Assembly: GCF_006345805.1 (NCBI RefSeq)
Contig: NC_043008.1
Coordinates: 42,842,001 to 42,906,000 of the forward strand
Direction: 5' to 3'
Length of the DNA: 64,000 bases
Source of the DNA: Octopus sinensis
Lineage: Eukaryota
Under the pieces are notes generated by a model that ran no database searches, had not been told where the DNA came from, and was given only the letters and a program-made list of their open reading frames with translations. The translations under genes and the position numbers were made by a program. Positions 55,151 through 64,000 of the stretch are shown in pieces. Numbering within the stretch: the first letter of the stretch is position 1; each line of letters starts with the position of its first letter.

Positions 55151-55685
55151 AAAAACATATTTGTGTATATATATATATATATATAAAAGTTTGCTATGCA
55201 ACAAAGTGGTCTTAGGTACAGTCCTACTGAGCGGCCCTTTAGGCAATTGCATGCTGGGAAGAGTTGGGTTCTATCATTACCTTGTGAATGAATTTGGTAG
55301 TCGAAAATTATGAAACTTGTCATGTGTGTGTATGTGTCGTGAGTTATGTGTTGTGTGTGTGTGTGTGTGTTGTGTGTGTGTTGTGTTTTAATTGTGCGTT
55401 CATCGTTTGATAGCAGGTGGGAGCTTGTTTACTTTCTGCAAGTTAGCGGTTGGGCGAAAAGATTACTGGGGTAAGTACGATACGTGAAAATTAAATGAAG
55501 AAGGAACCCCAACATGACCGCTGTCAAACAACTGAAAAGAACGTATCTTTGGGACGAGGTTCCATGATATTGGGGATATGAAGCCCCCTGTGGGGAATAA
55601 AGAAATTTGGGGGATATGAGCAAGTAAATTAACACAAACGTACCGCGCCGTCATAAGCAGGCAAAGCAATATCACTAAAGAAAAA

Positions 55686-56090
55686 GGCGGCGAGCTGGCA
55701 GAATCGTTAGCTCGCTGGGCGATATGCTTAGCGGTATTTCGTCTACCGCTACGTTCTGAGTTCAAATTCCGCCGAGGTCGACTTTACCTTTTATCCTTTC
55801 GGGGTCGATTAAATAAGTACCAGTTACGCACTGGGGTCGAAATAATCGACTTAATCCATTTGTCTGTCCTTGTTTGTCCTTTCTGTGTTTAGCCCCTTTT
55901 GCGTAGTAAAGAAATAGGCATCTCGTCTGTCTTTACGTTCTGAGTTCAAATTCCGCCAATGTCGATTTTGTCTTTCACCCTTTCGGGGTCGATAAATTAA
56001 GTACCAGTTGCGTACTGGGTCAATCTAATCGACTGCCCCTCCCTTTCCCAAATATGCCAGGCCTTGTGCCTATAATAGAAAAGAATATTA
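55686..56090 (+). mobile_element. Meta-like SINE with duplicated central domain
   Basis: Colinear with 17159-17549. Confidence 0.88.
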
Positions 56091-56225
56091 CCAAAGAAAG
56101 AGTTTGTAACACAAACTGTTGTTGCCAGTGAATTAGAAGTAAAATCTCTAAAGATTTGCCAAAATGTTCCACTACAAAACAACTTCCTCTCCGCGTAATC
56201 CTTACAGTACTCAATACTGGGTAAC

Positions 56226-56444
56226 TAATACTGGTTCCAAATTTTGGCTCAAGGCCTGTAATTTCGTGGGGAGGAGTCAATCAATTACATTGACTCCAGT
56301 GCGCAACTGGTACTTATGTTATCGACCCCGAAAGGATGAAGGGCAAACTCAACCCCAGCAAAATTTGAGCACAGCACTTGAAGGCGGACTTAATGTTGCT
56401 AAGCATTTTGTCCGGCGTGCTGACGATTTCTGCCAGCTCGCTGC
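56226..56444 (-). mobile_element. Meta-like SINE, monomeric and diverged
   Basis: Reverse-complement head GCGAGCTGGCAGAAATCGTCAGCACGCCGG and TTCATCCTTTCGGGGTCGATAA. Confidence 0.82.
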
Positions 56445-56957
56445 TCCACTCTCCTGTGTATCTAATATAAAGAGAAAATACATAAAATTTAGTAAAGTCA
56501 TCACAATAGTAACAGGAACAGTCATTTCGTGAATATATCGGGAATATTTCTTGGAATAATGCTCAGTAAATAGAATAAGACAATTCCACAATGCTACAGC
56601 AGCAGCAGCAGCAGCAGCAGCAGTAGCAGTAGCAGTAGCAGTTGGGTATGAAAGAGATAATTCCATAAAATGACAGAGGTAGAGAGAGTAAATGACAGAA
56701 AATGACAGAGTCGGAGAAAATTTGAGAGCAAAGAGAGGTAACTCCACACACTCCTCTCCACAAATATGTATTTGTATGTGTGTGTGTGTATGTGTGTGTG
56801 TGTTTGCTTTGATTTGTATGTGCGTATGCATTTGTATGTGTGCGCGTATGATTTACAGTGATCGTCTTCTGTTGATCGGTACCCACTTCCCACACATAAA
56901 TATAGGTTTACTGCCATATACAAACACAAATACACATATGCATATAAACATATCTGC

Positions 56958-57043
<86 letters not shown>

Positions 57044-57402
57044 TTATCTGTCTATCAATTTGTCTATTTGTATGTATGTATGTATGTATGTATGTATGTA
57101 TATATATATATATATAAAAGTATATGTGTATATAAATATATATATAACAGTTTATATATAATATATATATATATATAATATATATATATAATATATATAT
57201 ATAATATATATATAATATATATATATATTATATATATATATATATATATGTAATATATGCATAAATATATATGCGCATACATGCATGCAAATAATTATAC
57301 ATATGCATGAAAGCAAAATTGGCGTCTACTGACTGAGTCACGTTTTCTATAAGATACCACAATGATCAGGCCATTGTATATATGTATGTATATATATATA
57401 TT

Positions 57403-57434
<32 letters not shown>

Positions 57435-58618
57435 CATACATATATATATATATAATATATATATATTATATATATATATTATATATATATATATATATTA
57501 TATAATATATATATATATATATATACACTTGCATACATACGCACAACAGTGCAATGAATATCAACCCCGATAATATACCCCCTTCCCCAACCCGTCTGAG
57601 CCAAGGTAATATTTATTTTAATTCTATTTACGAAAAACGCGAAGATAATATTATTTTTCCATCAGCAAATATAATTCTCTATGCACAGCATGGACCTTTT
57701 TCTAAACGAAACCATGTTCTTGTCAAAAACTAATGATAAAAGAAGCAAAAAAGACGTTATTTTCCGGAGCCGAAATAATGTTAAAGGATTTCTAATGACT
57801 GGAAATAAATTATGGATTGATGCAAATTGCGTCAAAATTCCGAAGAGGTTCTTGAGTTTGTGTGTTTGAAAAAATATTAATATATCACAACCGAAATATC
57901 TCTCCTAAGTTGCAATTCCTGAAATATCTCTGCTCTGTGGCATTGTCTGTAAACTTTGGTAGAAATATAAAGAAATAATTCTAAATGTCAGTTAAATAGG
58001 ACAAACGTTAAAAATCTTTATAATTTACACTTTAAAATTATGGAATCTCTCTCACAGAATATTCTAGAAACTCGAATGACTGGTATTTGGAATTTCGTAC
58101 ACACATTTGCATTTTCTGTCAACCAACGAAACCATTCCTTCGTTAAAAGTTTTTGATACAAGCTTCGTATTCTAAAATGATTTAAATTAAAACCTTCAGT
58201 CAAAATTTTATGTTAATTTCTGTGTCAAACGCCAACAGACTAATGATAATTGTATTTTAGTAAATTCTTCATTATTCCCGAAATTAATTGAAACAAAGGC
58301 CTCGTGTTTCAACAAAAATAACGGAAACAAAAGAATTAAATGTCTTTCATGTTTTATTCTCTGTTTGAACTAGTTCTTGTTTTAATTATTATCCCTTATT
58401 TATTATACTTTATTTATTTGTCCATTCATTTCTTTACCATTACTTGTGTGTATTTGTACATTTTTAACAGCTTTAATTGTGTAACGCCTTTCAACGCTCC
58501 CCTCGTGTTTATCTAAGTTGTTTTCCCCTCACACCTCCACACTTATTTTTTGTATGTCCTCTCCTCAAACTACTTTATTGTATTTTATTGTCCGAGATCT
58601 TTGTGTCTAATAAAAAAG

Positions 58619-58978
58619 ATTATTGTTATTATTGTTATGTACTTTTAATCTGCATGTTTGTTGCAATCACTTGCCGAGACACAACCCAGGCCAAGTGAAG
58701 GATAAGAGATGTTACAGTATAGCTGAAATCTTGGGAAGGGGAAGTGGCAAAAGCAGGAGCGAAATATCTCCATGTGATACAACACAGACATTTAAATTGA
58801 CAAGGTGTTCTTCCTAAGGTTGTGGGCAGTACTTGTCGGCACAATCTTTTGGATTTCTTTGAAACATGGTTCTCCTGGGATGTTGTTTGCATGTTTCTGG
58901 CATCTCCTTTTTATCATACCTAGGGCCTACAATAACAGGAACTGTTTTGCTTTAAGATGCCACAACTTTTCTATCAAT
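58619..58978 (-). pseudogene. R4/Dong-clade LINE 3' end: C-terminus of the restriction-like endonuclease domain plus 3' UTR
   Basis: Minus strand IEKLWHLK../[33 protein letters not shown]; the 3' UTR ends in TAACAATAACAATAAT. Confidence 0.8.
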
Positions 58979-58979
58979 G

Positions 58980-59029
<50 letters not shown>

Positions 59030-59030
<1 letters not shown>

Positions 59031-60020
59031 GACTGTTTCAACTCACAGAACAGAGATTATGTGATCAAGCTAGAGCAATAAGAAAAAATCGTTGGTTTAC
59101 AGAAGTAGAGCTTGAAACTATCAAAACATGGGTATTGGAAAATAGCGGCAGAGGAAACGAGGAAAATACAGTTTCTACTGATAGAAGTAATTTTATAGCA
59201 GAAAACAGAAGTGAAATCTCTAATAAACCGCAAGAAAGGAACGGTGATAGCTTGTTTGATGAGAGACATATATCTAAATGTCTCTCATTTGGAAGAGGAC
59301 AATAAAACTAATGGTGACATGACAGATGGACAAAAGGCAATCTACGACAGAATAAAGGCAAGGCTACAAGAGAACGATAGCGACATTATTTGCAACGTTA
59401 AAATGGTTGATCGAAGGAAATTGAATCAAGAAACGAAAAATGTGAATGAAATTCTGAAATACGTCAGAACAAAAAAAAAACATGATGGAGATTTGATCAA
59501 GGTAGTAAGTATTGTTGTAGCAGAAAATGTGGGTGTTCATGTCAAGAAAAATCCATACAATGGGAGTGAGAAGAGAAAAGATCCATGGTGGAAAAGAACA
59601 ATACAGGCGTGGTTAGAAGGACATTTCTGTGCGAGACCAAAAAGAGAAGCAAGAGCTTAAAAGCAAACCAAAATACAGGGCCTGAAAGCGGTAATGGAGG
59701 AACTCAAACAGCGCTTGGTTGCAAAGGAAGCAAAGATGGTAAGATACGATCAAAGAATGAAGGGGTGCCAGCAGAAAATGTTATTCAGAGTAGATAAGAA
59801 GAGACTCTACAAAGAAACGAATGGAGAGTGTACAGATGAAACATTGATGCCAGATAACAATGAAAGTCAAAGGTTTTGAAGTGATATCTGTAACAAAGAC
59901 AAGGAGCACAAGAAGGATGCTGAATGGTTGCAAGAACTGAATCAAACACTAGTCTGTCCATCCAAAACAGACAGAACTAGTCATTTCAGTTAGGGAAGTG
60001 ATGGAAATCAGCAAAAAAAA
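59030..60020 (+). pseudogene. R4/Dong-clade LINE N-terminal fragment
   Basis: [89 protein letters not shown]; frameshifted. Confidence 0.85.
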
Positions 60021-60151
60021 AAAAAAGAATGGGTAAACATTTTTTCAACCTGTTGAAGACAAACAAGATGTCAAAATATCGTTCACTGGATGACAATGGC
60101 ATTCTTCTTTTAATTTTAACTCTATATCTTCTGGAGGAGTTACCTCAATCC

Positions 60152-60189
<38 letters not shown>

Positions 60190-60203
60190 TAATAATAATA
60201 ATA

Positions 60204-60691
60204 ATGTACATTGTTTTGTCTTGGTATAAAAGATGGGCTCCAGCAAATATTCTGCTCAATACCACATATTTGCTTGTCAGTTGTTTGACCGTAACCAGTT
60301 GAGCATGTCCCTTAGTGGCTGACGATATATGCATCTCTCATCACGAGCAGAAGTAGTGGGGGAGCATCATAGCCGTGTGTTGAGAAGAATTCTTTGGGGT
60401 TTGGATAATTCACCTCTGGATGCATGGGTGTTTCGTTCAACATCATTAAACAACCCTTATTCAGGGACCTTTTGAGCGGGATGGGTTGCTCGACAAGAAG
60501 AAAATTCTAACTGGGCCCCACCTGCAAGGTCATGCGTTGTTTGTCTTGATATGAGATCACCATGTCGCACACATATGGTTGTGATGTATGTGTCTGGTGT
60601 ACACTATCAGACGGGTAGTCATGATGGGTATACTGGGCTTCGTATATTTTACTCCAGTGTCACTTTGATGGCATGCACTGCTCTCTCACTC
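60204..60691 (+). mobile_element. Family T retro-repeat, copy 3, inserted in (AAT)n
   Basis: Preceded by (AAT)n and followed by an AAT/AAC tail; homologous to copies 1 and 2. Confidence 0.85.
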
Positions 60692-60745
60692 AATAACAAC
60701 AACAGCAATAAAAACAACAACATTAATAATAATAATTATTATTAA

Positions 60746-60965
60746 GGCGGCGAGCTGGCAAAATGGTTAGCACGCCGGACAAACTGCTTAGCGGTATTTT
60801 ATCCGTCTTCACGTTCTGTGTTGAATGACCACTGATGTCGACTTTGCCTTTCATCTCATCGGTGATCGATAAAATAAGTACAACTCGAGTTCTGCGATCA
60901 ATGTAATTCACTAACGACATCCTCTCGAAATTGCTGACATTGGGCTTAAATTAGAAGCAATTATT
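60746..60965 (+). mobile_element. Meta-like SINE, monomeric and diverged
   Basis: GGCGGCGAGCTGGCA head and GTCGACTTTGCCTTTCATC. Confidence 0.8.
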
Positions 60966-61366
60966 TTTGTCATCATCATCATCATCATCATCATCAAAAT
61001 AATGATAATACTAATGATGCTGCTCCTGCTGATGATGATGTTGATGATGATCATGATGATGGCGATGATCTCGTTATCGTGGAACTGATTCTAAAAGTTC
61101 TTCGTTTGTTTGCCATTCGTGATAGCGTGACAAATTACTCTCATCCTCTCGACTCCATTGGTCACATTCAACAACATCCAACAAAGAGAGGTTTTATCCG
61201 TGCGTGTAGATAGGGGTGGGTATGGTGGACGGTTAAGGGGTTCGTGCTTGCAGGATGGTGGGGACTAGAGTGGCATTATTGAATATTGACAGCTAATTAA
61301 CTGTCCATAGACACACATACGCACAAATATATATATATATAAATACATACATACATACATGCATAA

Positions 61367-61515
<149 letters not shown>

Positions 61516-61949
61516 CACACACATATATATATACATATACACATATATATGTAATGTATGTCTGTACATATATATGGATATGTATATATATATATATGCA
61601 TACATTACATATATATGTATATATATATATAATAGAATCACTCATTCTCATTATGTCTCTATCGGTAGATTCTCGTCTCGTACACGCTATTTCACTCCAC
61701 CTGGCTTTCATTCATTCGTTCTTTCTTTCTTCCTTTCTTTCTTCCTTCCTTCCTTCCTTTCTTTCTTTCTTCCTTCCTTCCTTCCTCCTATCTCTGTCTC
61801 TCATCTTCTCTCCTTTTATCCACCTTTCAATCTTCGCTTTTGTGTTAGTTATGTCTTTTTTCATTCTATTGTTACATTGTTACATTTCAACCACCATCAC
61901 CACTTCCATCACCATCATCATCATCGTCGTCATCATCATCATCAACGTT

Positions 61950-61987
<38 letters not shown>

Positions 61988-62706
61988 AGCCATCACCATC
62001 ATTATCTTCACCACCAGTCCTAGCCCCACCTTCATCACCATCCCTACCCTCCTTCCTCTCCCCTTCCCCTGCTCTTCCTACCGTTCTCCTCCTCCGCTTT
62101 CTTCATATCATCTCTCCCTTTCTCCATATTTCGGATGTGGTTTTGGTACCTTTACCTAGGTGTGGGTTCTTTTACCGTGTCCCAGATAACAGTAAGAGGA
62201 AAGGAGAATATTTTATATTCAGACTAGACATGTGATGCGAAACCTTGTTACCAGAGTGTGCTAAGCTAGAGGCACACAAGGGCCACGCGAGGACGTTAAG
62301 CAAAGCAATGTCTTGACCCCAAGAGTTCATCAGTTTTTGGAGCTTTCTATATCAAAGGAAACTCCAGAAGATTCTTCCTTTGTTTATGCAACGTACTGAC
62401 CACAAAATTTATTGAAATTGTTTTTGTCGCTTCTTCGTGATGAATTCATATTAATCTGTAACAAAAAAAGATTAAACACAAGTATGTTGAAAATTAGATT
62501 GAAATAAAACATTGTTGAAAGCTAAAAAGATTAACTTAATCCTACGGCATCAGCTAACAATTATAGGTTGTGTAGCAGTGAAATCTTTATTTGACATGGA
62601 AGGAAGGAAGACGTCAAAAACCAGACTCGATCTGACGAAAGTAATGTTGTTTTTTTATGAGTCAACACTTCCAGCGAAGCCAAACCAGCTTGCTTCTTTT
62701 AATAGT

Positions 62707-63120
62707 AATAATAATCCTTTCTAGTAAAGGCACAAAGCCTGAAATTTGAGGGGAGGGGACTAGTCGATTACGTCGACCCCAGTGTTTTACTGGTACTTAA
62801 TTTATCGACCCCGATAGCATGAAAGGCGAAGTTGACCTCAGTCGGTTTGGAACTCAGAACGTAAAGAGATGAAAATAAAACAAACGCCTCCAAGCATTTA
62901 TCAGATGCTGGAACCGATTCTGCCATCGGAGAAAAGCACTTTGCAGTATTCAGTTGCGTGACTCTTAAGTTCTGAATTCAAGTTCTTCCGAAGTTGACTT
63001 TGCTTTGCATCTGTCGAGAATCGATAAAATAATATTCTGTTCAACTACTGGGATCGATGGTACCAACTACTTCCCACCCCATTCAAAATTGCTGGCCTAG
63101 TGCCAGAATTAGAAACCGTT
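62707..63120. mobile_element. Two Meta-like SINEs head-to-head: ~62707-62928 (-) and ~62931-63120 (+)
   Basis: GGTACTTAATTTATCGACCCCG (minus copy) and GTTGACTTTGCTTTGCATC..TCGATAAAATAA (plus copy). Confidence 0.72.
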
Positions 63121-63224
63121 GTTTTCTCTTATCTTCACAGATATCCAGGAAACTGTTTAAACCAACTTTTCCAATAATTTTCACTTATTTTTGTAAAATT
63201 TCGAGTTGAATTGGATATATTCAG

Positions 63225-63258
<34 letters not shown>

Positions 63259-64000
63259 GTATATTTACATATGTATGCATATATATACATACATACATAT
63301 ATATATATATGTATATATATGTGCATGTATATATATATGTATATATATATTGTATTTAATATATGTATATATGTAATACATATGTATAATATTTATATCA
63401 GTTTATTTATTTATGCATATCTGTGTGTGTGTGTATGCATTTTCCATGTTCTGATGCACGTGTAAAGAAATGATAAAAAAGGGGGGATGGGGGATGGGGA
63501 ACCGTGCTACATTTAATCATTTCCTTTATTTCTTATTTCCCTTCCAAACACTTTTAGTCGTAATCTATTTTGCCGACGATCTTTCCAGGTCGAACATGGA
63601 ACTTTCACAATTTCCGGTTTACCGTTGATATCAAGTGACTTTGGCTATAAATTTGGTTAACCAATCCAGTTCCTCACAAGTTTCTCACTAAATTATACTC
63701 AATAAGATAGCCATCTTTTTCTTTGGTCTTTCTCTATTTGATTTCGCTTTAAACTTTCCTTCGCCATTTCTCTTCTTCTCTAACATCCATACATCAAGTG
63801 GTTCCATGAGATCAGATACCATTTTCGATAATACTTGCTCTTTTTTTTTATTTATGGAAATATTTCTTCAATACGATATACATTCTGTTAATGGAGCGAT
63901 GTTTTTAGAGCCAAATATTTAGAAATGGACCAGGTTGTGCTATGTTCGGTAGTTAAAACACATTTGCGGTCTTTGATTATATTATTGAAGAAGAATTAAG

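Noticed and set aside
63481-63500. G-rich tract as a G-quadruplex
   Set aside because: Only three clear G runs and no functional context.

Overview
Eukaryotic, AT-rich DNA saturated with microsatellites. The SINE families and repeat landscape look like an octopod (Octopus-type) genome; that is inferred from pattern recognition, not a database match. I found no intact host protein-coding gene, and almost all ORFs in the track are microsatellite artefacts. Recognisable content: a 5' Helitron relic (~1.6-2.75 kb), a Penelope-like (PLE) RT fragment with YIDD (34.9-35.3 kb), a probable PLE 5' region (50.9-52.2 kb), R4/Dong-type LINE fragments (50.2-50.9, 58.6-60.0 kb), an RTE-5'UTR-like element, a Tc2/pogo MITE, a non-autonomous Helentron and about 18 tRNA-derived SINE copies or fragments. 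Most notable: many short elements embedded in (TA)n carry hammerhead ribozyme (HHR) motifs. About ten are minimal type I HHRs with palindromic stem III, often as fold-back pairs. Two diverged families (40664-40745, and three copies within 48566-49178) have complete HHR cores whose three strands occur in a non-circularly permuted order. Covariation across all three stems and an extra fourth helix supports this. All structures were folded by eye and none is tested.
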